Assembly (NCBI GenBank): GCA_951406725.2 | Contig: OX597825.1 | Span: 49,228,001 to 49,292,000 of the forward strand | Direction of reading: 5' to 3' | DNA: 64,000 nt | From: Octopus vulgaris | Taxonomy: Eukaryota | Part shown: positions 11,460 to 24,040 of the stretch, one piece after another | Numbering within the stretch: the first letter of the stretch is position 1 | How the letters are laid out: each line of letters opens with the position of its first letter | Translations under genes and position numbers: made by a program | The notes under the pieces: generated by a model | Database searches by the model: none | Told to the model about the DNA's origin: nothing | Seen by the model: only the letters and a program-made list of their open reading frames with translations

Positions 11460-12095
11460 TTTGAGGGCCCCTACCAGGTGCGAGAGTAGCTGTATCTTGG
11501 ACACCAGGGGTTTCTTCCCATTCGCGATGTTATCAGAATAGGCATTAGCTTTTGTCATTGCAACAAGCGGTTCATGTGCACAGCTACATACAGAATTATG
11601 TTATCCGATATACCCTTTCGAATGACGTTAGGTGGATTTGAGAGAGAATTAACTGGTTTATCTGCCATGCCGGGTGATTTGTCAGAGAATCCATTGATAA
11701 CTTACGATCTCCTTGGGTTGATATATTCAGGGTAGAAGAGAAGAAAGATAAAAAAGTGAAATCATCACCACTATTATTATCACTATTATTACTATTATTA
11801 TTGTTGATACTTTTGTCCTTGCAGCTACCTTCTATAGTCACGATAACAGTGTTGTTATTTATCGTTGTTGTTGTTAATTTATGAGCTGCTGGTGTTACTG
11901 TTGCTGTTGTTGCTTTTCTCTACGGTTAGCCTAAATTTGGTAGCCACAGACAAGACGGAGGACTATATTGGCTGATCGTTGCCACTATTGTTACTTCCTC
12001 TATTGTTGATTTTATAGTTATTTTTGTCTTTGAGCTTCTTTCTGTAACTGTAATAAAGGGATTGGCAGTAGTTGGCTTTGCTGCTGTCTCTATGT

Positions 12096-12138
<43 letters not shown>

Positions 12139-12700
12139 CAGCCGGCAGCCAGTAACACTCTCTTTAAGATTTAAACTGGACATCGGTCTTTTCCAAAATT
12201 CGAGAGCAGTAAAAGAAAATAATTGTTTGGAAATATATATGACGTCTGTAGCGCTTGTTTGTCCCTTACGGAAACTAATGACGACATTGCGTATTATTGT
12301 TTTTAACCATCATCTATACCATTACTATCACGATCATTATCATTATCACCATTAAAGAATCCTTCATGTTTACATATGTAGTATCACGTACGTGTTACTT
12401 CAATCTTTAATTCCACGTGGTAATCAAAAGTAATGTCTAAGATAAATGTTGTATTACCAGATGTGTTTGCATTTTAAATTGTTTCTGTCAGTTTCCTTGT
12501 AAACATAAGCTTTGTTTCCGCTATATTATTAAGTTATCCGATTAATTTTTCTTATTTTGGAGAGCTAATTTTGTCGATGCCTATCGTTGTAGTTAGCCCT
12601 GGGTTGTAGTTGCTGTAACTATTATTATAGTTACAACAACAGTATATAGTACATTTGAGGGTCCCTACCAGGTGTGAGAGCAGCTGTATCTTGGACACCA
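11460..12700 (+). repeat. 47-bp dispersed direct repeat (11460-11506 and 12654-12700)
   Basis: tttgagggcccctaccaggtgcgagagtagctgtatcttggacacca vs tttgagggtccctaccaggtgtgagagcagctgtatcttggacacca (3 mismatches). Confidence 0.85.
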
Positions 12701-12711
12701 CTCTATAGTAT

Positions 12712-12850
12712 TATAGAGAGCAGCGCATGTCATCTAAATGACACTAGGGTAAAATATACGAAGCCCAATATACAGAGTTTGATAAGCGTACACCAGGAAC
12801 ATGCATCACATTTCCAGGTAAACAGGGCATGACCTTGCAGGTGGGGGCAA
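12712..12850 (-). repeat. Inverted copy of the 15980-16150 / 17729-17877 repeat family
   Basis: gggtaaaatatacgaagcccaatatac is the near reverse complement of gtatactgggctccgtatattttactcc. Confidence 0.65.
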
Positions 12851-13118
12851 GTTTTGGCCCGCACACAATGAACGAAAGCGCTACCTTGGCGCACCTGTCA
12901 ATCAACAATGCTGCTTAAGTGCCAGCCAGTCTCACCTAGCGACGCTATTTCCCTGTCCGCAAGTTATAGATTTCGAGACATTTGGGGTCTTCTCGCTTCA
13001 GCCATATTAAGAAACTGGCTTCGTCGACTGCCTCATGTATCCTCCTTATTACTTTGCTCAGCCCTGAGCTCGAAAATGCAAGCCTTCTTTTAAATAACGT
13101 CGCCATTTTCCTTTCAGT
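12850..13118 (-). mobile_element. 5'-truncated second HERO copy (3' end only)
   Basis: ERKMATLFKRRLAFSSSGLSKVIRRIHEAVDEASFLIWLKREDPKCLE aligns with ERKMTTLFKRRF..SSELRKLIRRVQEAAEKTSFYIWLKQEDRKWLE at 5932-6075. Confidence 0.8.
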
Positions 13119-13911
13119 ACTCAGACACGAATACCCATGCATACACATAAATGCAAAGAAATTACACACACACAAATAAATAAATAAAAATATATTTCCG
13201 TCGGTTTCAGCAGTGAGTAACTAGTTTTTCGATATATATGTATATGAATGTGTGTGTACATCTAGACGTTGAATCAGTGACTGTAGCTGAACCACTCCAT
13301 ACACACGTGTACCTATTGTCACACGCAGTATGAAAAGACATGGGTTACGCGTTACAGATACAATCCAGGTACAAATATGCACACTAATTTCGTTTATCCA
13401 GGATCATTATTAAGGCTTGTGTTGCGGGAGCTTATGGTAAAAGTTAGCCACTCAACTTGCCAGGAAGTAGCTTGGGACACGAAGAGTCGTATGCACACAC
13501 ACAAACACACACACACACACACGTGTATATCATAGCCATTACAAAGTAGTGTATGTACTGTATTGATGCAAAACTGTACTCCCAATATCTTGTATACGGA
13601 AATCAATGCTACATGAAGACGATTGCGAAACTATCGTAATGCTATAGAAGTCACATAGTTAAAAACATCTATACACACTCCTGTCTGTTTGTAAGTATTT
13701 GCGTGTTTGTGTAGTCATGTGCCTATCTATTTGTATGAATGTGAGTGAATGTGAATGCGTGACTATTAAAGGTTATAAAAATAACTGCATTGAAAAATGA
13801 ATTTTAAGCAACAATAAAAAAACATGTTTTTCCTTTTAAAGAGGATCAACATCAAAGCATGTTGAGTAAACGCAACTACTACAGATGGGTGCATAGTTAG
13901 ATATGCATATA

Positions 13912-13944
<33 letters not shown>

Positions 13945-14129
13945 TAGTCGTATTATTATAATATATTATATAATATATATATATTAGTCGGATTATTAAC
14001 AGTGGTAGTGTTAGTGGTAATAACGACAGCATTTCTAATAACAGTGGTAGTATTGATGATAACAACCCCAGCATTCCTATAGTCAGGGAGATTGCCGGCG
14101 ATAGTACAATTAATAGTAATGATAATAAT

Positions 14130-14612
14130 ATGAATAGTATTGTGGTCAATGCTAGCAATAATATTAACACCAATCATAACAATAAAAACTCTGTCTTAGT
14201 CTCGGACGTAAACCCTAACATTTTATCCAGCAATTCCAAAATTAGAAATTCCATTTACCAGTGCAAAATTTCTTCCGGTACCGATGTCTTCTTCTACATT
14301 GGGGCAACTACTTCTAAATTATCCCACAGGATCTCCAATCATTATTAAACTTTCCGAGATAAGAGAAAACAACACAGCACAGGACTAAGTAAATTAGTTT
14401 GGCGTCTTAAGGACAGCAATACAACTTTCAAGCTGGAATGATCCATATTGTCTGTATCCTTTCCGTTTGAAAAGGGCAGAAATTCTTGTGGCGTCTGTAA
14501 TTCCGAATTTTTCCATATATTGTTCGCTAAAGTCCCTTTAATAAATACAATGGTCGAGGAAACATATAGGTGCATGCACTGGCAAAAACACACCTTTCAC
14601 TCATATGAATAA
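14130..14612 (+). pseudogene. Penelope-like element GIY-YIG endonuclease remnant
   Basis: One reading frame with two internal stops: SIYQCKISSGTDVFFYIGATTSKLSHRISNHY*TFRDKRKQHSTGLSKLVWRLKD...LE*SIL...CGVCNSEFFHIL...LIN...RCMHWQKH. It carries the IY/YIG, R, H, CxxC-E, N and terminal CxH motifs of PLE endonucleases. Confidence 0.85.
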
Positions 14613-15160
14613 TGATTAATATAGATAACCTCCTTGAATTTTAATAATATAGTCCCATTTATATATCACCCCCATAGTCAATTTTTATACTCTTAAAGGA
14701 CTACTACCCAATCCATTGAGGTATGTTTTACCTTTGTCTCTCTACCTCGCACTCCTCTCTCTCTCTCTCTTTCCCTCTCTCTATCGTAAGCGCAATCAAA
14801 CACACAGACACAAACCTGTCACTTCACCACTGTCTGTTTTTGGCATCTACCCAACCACAGACACAATCACGCACACACCTACATACACATAGACATTAAT
14901 GCAGTTATATACATACACACACATAGGCACTCATTCACAAAAGAAAACAACAAAATCACCATTCATATGACCTGCACCCTATCACTTTCCTATTCTTAGG
15001 CCTGTCTTCTCCAACCTTCTTGAACCTTCTAGAATCTTCTACATTCAACCATTTTTGACGTTACTGCTTATAACGGAATATTTTGAAGAAACACTCATTA
15101 TCCCTATGGGCTCCGTGTGGGCAGTCATCTAAAGGTTTTTGTGCATCATGATGCTGACAT

Positions 15161-15265
15161 AAGTTCCTTGTTTTTCCTGATGAGAAGGCGGCATAATGCA
15201 CCCCTTATTCCTTCGAAATTAGGAATATGCAGCCTTCGAAACATATGTCGAAAATAAAGGAATTT
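15161..15265 (+). ncRNA. Type I hammerhead ribozyme in the Penelope pLTR region, canonical core
   Basis: Stem I uuccuuguuuuuc / gaaaauaaaggaa; CUGAUGA 15177-15183; stem II GAAGGC/GCCUUC with an inner AUUCCU/AGGAAU hairpin; GAAA 15238-15241; palindromic stem III ACAUAUGU; GUC triplet 15247-15249. Confidence 0.88.
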
Positions 15266-15354
15266 TGTTAATTCGTCGTTCAACTCCATTCTTTCATTTA
15301 TTTGTATGTATATATATATATATATATATCCATGTATATGTATATGTACATATG

Positions 15355-15385
<31 letters not shown>

Positions 15386-15610
15386 GTATATGTTTGTATA
15401 TATATTCATATATGTATGTTTGTATCTATGCATTTATATATGTACATATGCGTGTGTACGTTTATCTATATAAAACGGATGGTAAAGGACTTTATAGCAA
15501 AGTTTTAGGGAAATTAGCCTGTTTATAGTAATTGTGCATTTGTTAAAAATTGTGTTTGAGTAACATAATAATAATATTAATAATAATGATGATGATGATG
15601 ATGATGATGA

Positions 15611-15644
<34 letters not shown>

Positions 15645-15689
15645 TATTATTATTATTATTATTGTTGTTGTTATGATAAAAATAATGAT

Positions 15690-16152
15690 AATAATGGGCT
15701 ACAGCAAATATTCTGCTCAATACCACAGATTTGCTTGTCAGTTGTTTGACCTTAACTAGTTAACATATCACTTATTGGCTGACCATATATACACCTTTGA
15801 TAATGAGCAGAAGTAGTGGGGGAGAATCGTAGCCATGTGTTGGAAGGAATTCTTGGAATTTTGGATAATTCCCCTTTGGAAACATGAGTGTTTCGTTCAA
15901 CTTCCTTGAACAATCCTTATTCAGGGACCTTTTGAGCAGGATTGGTTACTTAACCAGAAGAAAATTCTAACTGGGCTCCACCTGCAAGATCATGTGCTAT
16001 TTATCTTGATATGAGATCACCATGTCGTGCACATATGGTTGTGTTGCATAGCCTAGTGTATTCTTATCAGACGGGTAGTCATGATGGGTATACTGGGCTC
16101 CGTATATTTTACTCCACTGTCACTTTCATGGCATGTACTACTCTCTCACTCA
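15690..16152 (+). repeat. Interspersed ~460-bp repeat flanked by (TAA)n, probably the non-coding end of a non-LTR element
   Basis: Homologous pieces at 9465-9690 (inverted), 12712-12850 (inverted) and 17729-17877 (direct); copies usually abut TAA repeats. Confidence 0.65.
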
Positions 16153-16469
16153 ATAATAATAATGATAATAATAATATCAAGAAGAAGAAGATGGAGAAGG
16201 AGTAGGAGAAGGAGGAGGAGTAGGAATAGAAGAAGAGAATAAATATCTGATTGGTAGGATAAGGCGTTGCAAGATAGATTACCAAAGTTGCTGCAAACAG
16301 TTGTAGTGATACATGGCTATAGTTGTAGAAAGGAAAGCTGAACAGGGTGATAAGTTTGTTAGCAGCTGCATAAAATCAGCCATTAAGGACAAATTGGATA
16401 AAAGCCAATATAGTTAAAAAATTGGATAAAAGCCAATATCGTTAAAAGACCAAGTAGATTCCGAAAGTA

Positions 16470-17728
16470 CGAGGGGCGTTCAATAAGTAATACCTCTGAC
16501 TCACTTGCAGTTATTTGCTCTAGCTGAAATTTTGCATGTGCACTTATTTATACCTCTATAGATTACGTAGCAAATTACAGCTCTGAACTAATTCCGATTT
16601 ATAGGTGTTTGAACTGAGTCAAGTGTGAAATGGAGCCTGTTGAGTGTCGATCAGTGATCTGGTTTTTGTATTTGAAAGGACGCACACCACGGGAGACTTT
16701 TGATGAATTGAAAGTAACTTATGGTGATGATGCCCCATTATATGACCTTGTAAAACGCTGGCATTGTGAATTCAAAGATAGTCGGAACTCTGTGGAAACA
16801 GCTCCCAGATCTGGTCGCCTCCTTCTGCCGTTGATGAGACATCTGTCCGTCAAGTTGAGGCTGCCATTTTGGAAGGTCAACGCATAACTATTCGCCAAAT
16901 AGCTCATAAGGTCAAGATTAGTACCGGGTCTGTGGAAACTATCATTTATGACCATTTGCATATGCAAAAGGTGTCTGCCAGATGGATTTCCAGGTTGCTC
17001 ACACCTTTCCAGAAGCAAGAACGCGTTGAGAGCTCGAGGATGAATTTGGAGATGTGCCAAGAAGATGAGTCAAAATTTTTCAAAAGATTACACAGGATAA
17101 AACATGGGTCCATCACTATGATCCATAGACCAAAGCCCAGTCAATGCAGTGAAAGCACCGTGACTCACCTCCTCCAAAGAAGGCAAGGGTGCAGCCCTCC
17201 GCTGACAAGGTTATGCTCACAGTCTTCTGGGACCAGGACGGAGTAGTGATGACAGATTTCCTGGCAAAGGGTACCACAATTACAGGAGCCTATTATGCTT
17301 CACTTTTGAGGAAATTAAGAGAAGCTATCAAAATCAAGAGGCGGGGCAAGATCAGCAAAGTCATCCTCCTCCTGCAGGACAACGCTCCGGTCCACAACTC
17401 ACGTGTCGCCAGATCAGAAGCACAGGCGTGCAGCTATGAACTCCTCCCCTTGAACCCTCTGATTTTCACCTCTTCCCAGCCATGAAGTTGATTTTGAAAG
17501 GAAAGCGTTTCCCAGATGATGCAGCCTTGATTTCTGAAGTCACGTTGTGTTTGGAGGACCAAGCTGGGGTCTTCTACAAAAACGGTCTCCAGAGCTGTAT
17601 CAAACGATGGGAGAAATGCACAACTCTGGATGGTTCCTATGTAGGAAAAGACTAATAACTGTGCCAAGTGTCGTTGCTCTACTACTATGGGAAGTGGGTC
17701 AGGGGCATTACTTATTGAACGCCCCTCG
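16470..17728 (+). mobile_element. Full-length mariner transposon (irritans-like), transposase inactivated
   Basis: TA|CGAGGGGCGTTCAATAAGTAAT ... ATTACTTATTGAACGCCCCTCG|TA. Frameshifted ORF 16630-17657 with HTH region, WISRLL (WVPREL-like), DKTWVHHYDP, VMLTVFWD, LLQDNAPVH and PSDFHLF; the YSPDL motif is deleted. Confidence 0.93.
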
Positions 17729-17875
17729 TATCTTGATATGAGATCACCCTGTCGCGCACATATGGTTGTGTTGCATGTGCTTAGTGTACATCAGACGAGT
17801 AGTCATGATGGGTATACTGGGCTTCGTATATCCTACCCCAGTGTTACTTTGATAGCATCCACTGCTCTCTCACTC

Positions 17876-17949
<74 letters not shown>

Positions 17950-17969
17950 TAATAATAATAGTAATAATA

Positions 17970-18031
<62 letters not shown>

Positions 18032-18034
18032 AAT
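17876..18034. repeat. (AAT)n(GAT)n microsatellite
   Basis: Read directly from the sequence. Confidence 0.95.
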
Positions 18035-18049
18035 GAGTTCTTGTATTTG

Positions 18050-19120
18050 CCGCAGTGGCAAAGGATTGCGGGGACAATACAAAGACATACATTAAGTGTG
18101 GAGGTTTATATATAACGAAATTATAGAAATAGAAAGAAAGGAAGAATACACGCTATACTCGGAAAAAAGAAGGGACGTATGCATAGCATACGAAGATTTA
18201 AAAAAAAAGTGGCTGGGAGGATGATAGAGCTGTGGCCTTCCTGTATCTGAAGGCCTTTACGGATAATTGACGAACCCCTCTGAAATTCCAGAAGCCATTG
18301 CCCTCTCCATTTTCGCAACTTTCACCCAGCATTAAGTAAACTTACTCTACAACAGCACTTCCCACTTCACTCTTATTTTCTTTTTCAAGTCAATGAGAGC
18401 TCTACCAATGAAGAATGTATCTGTCCTCACGTCTTTCAGCCTTATTCACCAAATAACTTGTTTCGCAACAGTCACCAAGCAAAGGAAAACTTCCTTACCT
18501 GCCCGATTGAAGGAGGGTGGTGGTGCGATCATCACTACAGTCTCTGACAACAGACGGATCCGTTCCACGCGTTATGACAGCGGTTCGACATAACCTCACA
18601 AGTAAAAAAATGCCCGGACACTGAACAAGGAAGTGCAGAACGGTTTCGACACTCTGCACGCACCTCGGACAACCCAGTCTGACAGCACATCCGTGCCTGT
18701 AGAGTTTATCTCAAACCAGTAGTACTCCCTGGTAGCACTGCTAGACCAAGGACATCTGGAAATTATCCATGACATTTCTCGACCGGAATGTCCTCCGAAA
18801 AAGACTAACTAATTCATTGTCGTCGGCGCCCGGAGTCTCTCCGAGAATGTAGTCGCACTTCCTTACCACTAATCCTCTATAAATATCTAAAGTCCCATTG
18901 CCTGACTGGGAGAGAGTTGTGAGCGCTTGACAACATTCTCAGTGTCAGATGCTGAGTCTCTGTCCTTTCTTCACCCAGTTATGAGACGAGCTGCGGAAAG
19001 GCGAACCTCGCAAACGGAGCCCACACACGTTCACCGCCCAGAAATCTGTGCAGGAGGCGTAACGTAAGGACGTGTCTGCGCCTTAGAAGCCACGGCATAC
19101 CTAATCTGCCACATTTTTTA
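18050..19120 (-). mobile_element. L1/Tx1-like LINE, 5'-truncated 3' fragment (copy A)
   Basis: The ORF2 C-terminal region at 18295-18700 is homologous to 19395-19800 of copy B, and is followed by a 3' UTR toward 18050. Confidence 0.6.
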
Positions 19121-19124
19121 TTAG

Positions 19125-22100
19125 CCACTAGGGTAAAAAACAACAAAAAACATAAAGGACGATAGACAGATACAGGACAGTGGTGTTAACGTCTAAACAG
19201 CAAAAATCCACAACAATTAACAAGGAGATTAAACCAACAATGTACTTTTCAAATGGTAGAAGTTCCACCGAGAAGTAGAGGAATCTCATATGCTTTGGAC
19301 CCCATAACACCAAAGACACCCCAGGTAGGCCCCCACCTCTTCTCCTCATTGCATTCAGCTTACAGGTGCACACTTAGTGTAGGTCCATTCACACAGGCCA
19401 TTCTTGCCCCATTCATCCACCTTTCAACAAATTTAACTGATGACAACACCTTCCCCTCCAGCCCCACTTTCACTTTCAAGTGGAGCCTGAAAAATCAATG
19501 AGGCCTTTGGCTGAAGAAGAAGGTACCCATCTTCAACCCTTTCAGTCGCCTCCACCACAGAACCTCTTTCGTCATAACCACCAGACTGAGAAAAACTGTT
19601 TGTCCTTCCCGGTCAAAGAAAGGAGGAATGGTGATCTTCAAGATGGACTGGGACGATATCCGAATCCGTCCTACACATGACAATAACTGTTCGACAAAGC
19701 CCCACAAGTTAGCAATGCATGGACACGGCAGAAAGTTTTCACCACTCCGTGTACATCTCGGACAAGCCCGTCTGATTCTACTCACGTGCTTGTTGTAATT
19801 ATTGCGAACAGGCAGAGCACGCCGGTAGCATTGCCAGGCCAGAAATTTCTGGAAGTTCTCCATAGGCCCCGGTCCGAAAGTCCTCCGGGAGAGACCAGCC
19901 AGTTGATCCCTACTGACACCCACATTTACTGGCCTAAAGTTATCAACAATCTCCCTTTTGTTCGGACCCTTTCTCAGTAGCGCCACGACACCTCTGCTCA
20001 CAGATCTGGGGATTATTTGTTCTACTGCCAGTCGTGGTAGACACCCCGCAAAAGTGCACCGAACAAATCTGTCATATGAGTATAAAGTTCGAAGACCAGA
20101 CCATTTATTCCGGAAGCGTTTCCTTCGTGCAATTAGACAACGCGACACGTATATCTTGTATAGCTTTTATCGGCATTTCGCAGAACTCCACATCCGTGAC
20201 TGAAAGCCGTGGCAAACCATCGAGGTAAGAAGTGAAGTTCACCTCTGCCTCCAGGCCACCACGCACTACGTACAGTTCAGCAAAGTGCCACTGGAATTCA
20301 GCACAAATCTGCATGGACACGTGTAGCATGCGCCTGTCCCGACCCCTCAAACATCGAATTGTATTTTTATTACAACGTTGAGACGCGGTCACCTGGGCTC
20401 ATCGAACGGCTTTCGTTCCTTCCTATTTTAGAGGACGTACCCTAACTCTGACAATGCAACCTTTATGCTTGGTGTTGAAGAAGTGGTTCAGAACCAATTT
20501 CGCTGCCAGTACGTCGGTCTCTATGTTTCTCCTGAGTGCCTCTTCGTATTTCCTAACTATATCTTCCTCTATTCTCATCTTCTCTATCGATAGTTCGCTG
20601 CTAAATTTTACAGCATCTACTCTAATCCCCCGTTTTAGGGTATCCCCCATCAGTTGTTGACGACTGCATCTGTCAACTTTCGCTGGACTACTTGCTATGT
20701 CGGTCATCGTAAGGGTGACGCGCCGGGAAGGACACGTTCAGCTTCCAGTATCCAAGGACCTGCCCATGAAACCTGTCTCGGTCAACCGTACAAATCACAA
20801 ATTTGCGGTCTGTAGAAAATATGTGGTCCTACAAAATATCCTATCTAGATGAAATCTGGATGACCCGACGCTGTTTGCCCATGTCCACACGGGGGCATTC
20901 GGGTAATCCAGTCTGAATCTGTCAGCCCCTTGCAAATGACTGAGGCTTGTGCACACCTCTTTACTATATGTTCCCCACCCAATCCACACGTCCATCCAAG
21001 ATGGCATTCCAGTCTTTGGTCAGTAACACAAAAGAGCGATACTTCCTTAGAAAGGCATCCAAACGTCTGTAGACATCCGGCTGCTCCTATCCAATAGAGC
21101 ATACACAGCGACCTGCCTAAAATCACTGCCTTCATTATCGTTCATGTCCGGGACACCGACGTACCTTCTGGGTCCAGAAAGACCAACCGTATCTCGAGAT
21201 TCAGGCCTTTCCTGAACAACACTGCCATCCTATCACCATTCCTGGCGACTAAGAGATGCAAAGATGTCATAATCGTCAAAAATGGGTGTTAAGTTGCGTC
21301 TGTCCGGGATCATGATCTCTCTGATGGCTATTGCATCCAAATTCGGCAAACTCAGGTCATTGAGCAAGTGACCTTGCATTCACGAGGACCCCAGGCCACA
21401 TACATGTATGCAAACTACTCTTAGGATCCCCATATTGACCTAAAAAGAAGGAATGAAAGGAATGCTACGTACCTCACTGGTGCCGTTGGAGATCGGGTGG
21501 TCTCACCGCCATTTCTTCTCTGGGCTCTTTTGGGAACCCTTATAGAAGTCTTGCATTACTTAACGTATCCCTAAATCGTCTGAAAGGCATCCCTCATTAT
21601 TTGGAAAGTGTCCAAATCCATCCTCACAATCATTATGTACTTTGGCACGTTGCACGTATTAGTTCACACAGATTCACCCCTCCACTATTTTCAATGTTTC
21701 CCCTTCGTGATAAGAGGACCATCAGTGTTTTGTTGGCCTTCCTTACTAACACGAAGTTATATGCCTGCATCGTTGCTTTTAGCTGTTCTTGTGTTTGTGG
21801 GGAGAGCTTCCATTTTGGAACTTTTTTTGTCGGCAGTGGGGTGTTTGGTGCTTGTGCTGCTTTAGTTGATATATTGTGGTGCTACAGTTGTCTACGTGTC
21901 TGTATTTGTTGTGGGGGGTGTAGTTACTTTGTTATCTTGTTTTGATGAAGGACAAGATGTCTCACCTCTGACTTTTTTCTGGATTTTAGGTTTTACTCTC
22001 TCCCTCCTCCTCATTATTTTTCAATGCGTTTGAACCAGTGTCGGTAGCAACCTCCTCCCCTCATTTTGGAAGTGAATTCGTGTTTGTATGTGTATCATTT

Positions 22101-23600
22101 TCTGCGTGCTTGTTTATAAGAGAGGGTGTGGTTGAGCTTGGTTGCGAGGTGTTGGTTTTCGTGGTTGACCTCTCCGACGGTTTTCCTGCTGGTGTTGTTA
22201 TACCTGCCTCTGCCACCGCCACAGTTGCTATTTTTGTTGCTTTCCTTGATGTTTGTGGTGATCTTTCTACAGCTGGTGCTCTTTTTATTTTATTTTCCCA
22301 ACCTTGTTGGGAAAATGGAAGTCTTGACACTGTGTTGGTGCCAACGGAAGTCTACGAATCCCTGCATCTTCTCGCTGAGTACAGAGTGCTTGTAGGTGTC
22401 TAGTTTCACCACAAGTGAATCAATGAAGCTTTCTGTCTTCAGTGATCAAGTGTAATTACGTTCTGTCCTTGAAAGTCTACGGGCCCCTGTATCTTTTCGC
22501 TGAGGACAGAGTGCTTGTAGGCGTCTAGTTTCACCACAAGTGAAGCAATGAGGCCTTCTGTCCTCGGTAATCAAGTGTAATTACGTTCTGTACTTGAGGC
22601 GGATATAGTCTGGGATGTTCTCTAAAGCTTGTAGATTTATTTGGATTAGCATTTCCAAATCCATCCCCACCCTGTCTCATCTTTGTGTCCGTTGGACTTT
22701 TAGGATCACGCATCCAACGAGCCACTATATGTTAATACCTGGTGTTATTCCGGGGACTCGCACTTTTATTGTTTTTCTGCACATTTAGGACGGGTATATT
22801 ATAAGCTGGTCAGCTTTACAGGGTTTCACAGAATGCTTCAAGGCCAGCTCTCCTGTAGTAAAAAGGATCAAGATGGTACCCGCACTTTGGGTCCTTTGAA
22901 TGAATCTGGCATCCTCTCTGATTGATCTCAGGGCCATCTCCACTTGAAGGTGGGAGGTTGTTATGCTCCCCAAAACTACACTGAGATGCACCTATATTCA
23001 ACTGCCCTCTTCTCAATTTCTCCCTCCCCTTCAGCAGGGATTGCAAGGATTGCCCAGGTTTATTTTCTCTTTATAAATTAGTGGATCAGGACTAACATCT
23101 CTTTTTTGTTAGAGATGTCTATCTCATAATACTTTTGTTGGCATTTCGCAGCTGCAAAAGTACTTGTTTCGCGCTCACTGTTGATTGTGGTGGTGGAATA
23201 CTTCACGTTGTTACTGTTATTGTTACTTCCAAATACATCCGCCTCTCTGTTCCTGGTTTTAAAGTTAGTATTGCTATTAACGTTAGAGTTGCTATTTTCT
23301 GTGTTGATATCAGTTATCATGGTATTTTCCACATTATTTCTTTTTGGGGAGTTGAGAGTTACATTTTGTTGTCTATTCGACTATCAAGTGCTTGTATGTT
23401 CTTCATTGTGTCACTTTACTCTGTCGTAATAATTCTTCGTTCTTTGTGGTTAATTTTATCGCTGTCCATACAGTCTGTTGTGTTTTTGGATTCGTTATCA
23501 ATTTTGTTCTCGAAATTATTACTTTTGTCTGCACATTTCCGTGACTTTTCCAGCTGTCACAAACTGGTTTGTTTTGCGTTAGAAAGTTACGGTTCTCCAC
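19125..23600 (-). mobile_element. L1/Tx1-like LINE (copy B): ORF1 with Zn knuckle, APE endonuclease, largely deleted RT, C-terminal cysteine motif
   Basis: ORF1 RRPHCFTCGETRRLQALCP. APE start near 21430 and WTWANSVGSSRFHLDRIFC. GPGYWKLN. RGVVALLRKG...NFRPV is joined almost directly to post-RT sequence. CPRC lies near 19760. Confidence 0.8.
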
Positions 23601-23814
23601 GCCACTTTTCGTTTGCGAACATGTAAACATTTCGCAAATACTAATAATAATATTTGGGCACAAGGCCCAAATATTATTTAGCATTGTTTTCTGCGGTCAA
23701 AGGCTGTTGTCTTATGCTCCTATTTACACAATAATATCAACGAAGAGAGTAGCTTTGATAACCAAAATACCTGTCAACCTTCCACCGACGTTCTTGCTTT
23801 CCAACCGGAAGTAA

Positions 23815-23854
23815 AACAACAACAACAACAATAATAACAATAATAATATTGATA

Positions 23855-23926
<72 letters not shown>

Positions 23927-23982
23927 TTGATGATGATGATGATGATGATGTTGATGATGATGATGATGATGGTGATGATGTC

Positions 23983-24039
<57 letters not shown>

Positions 24040-24040
24040 A
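23815..24040. repeat. (AAC)n(AAT)n(GAT)n microsatellite
   Basis: Read directly; explains the poly-Met and poly-Ile ORFs in the track. Confidence 0.95.
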
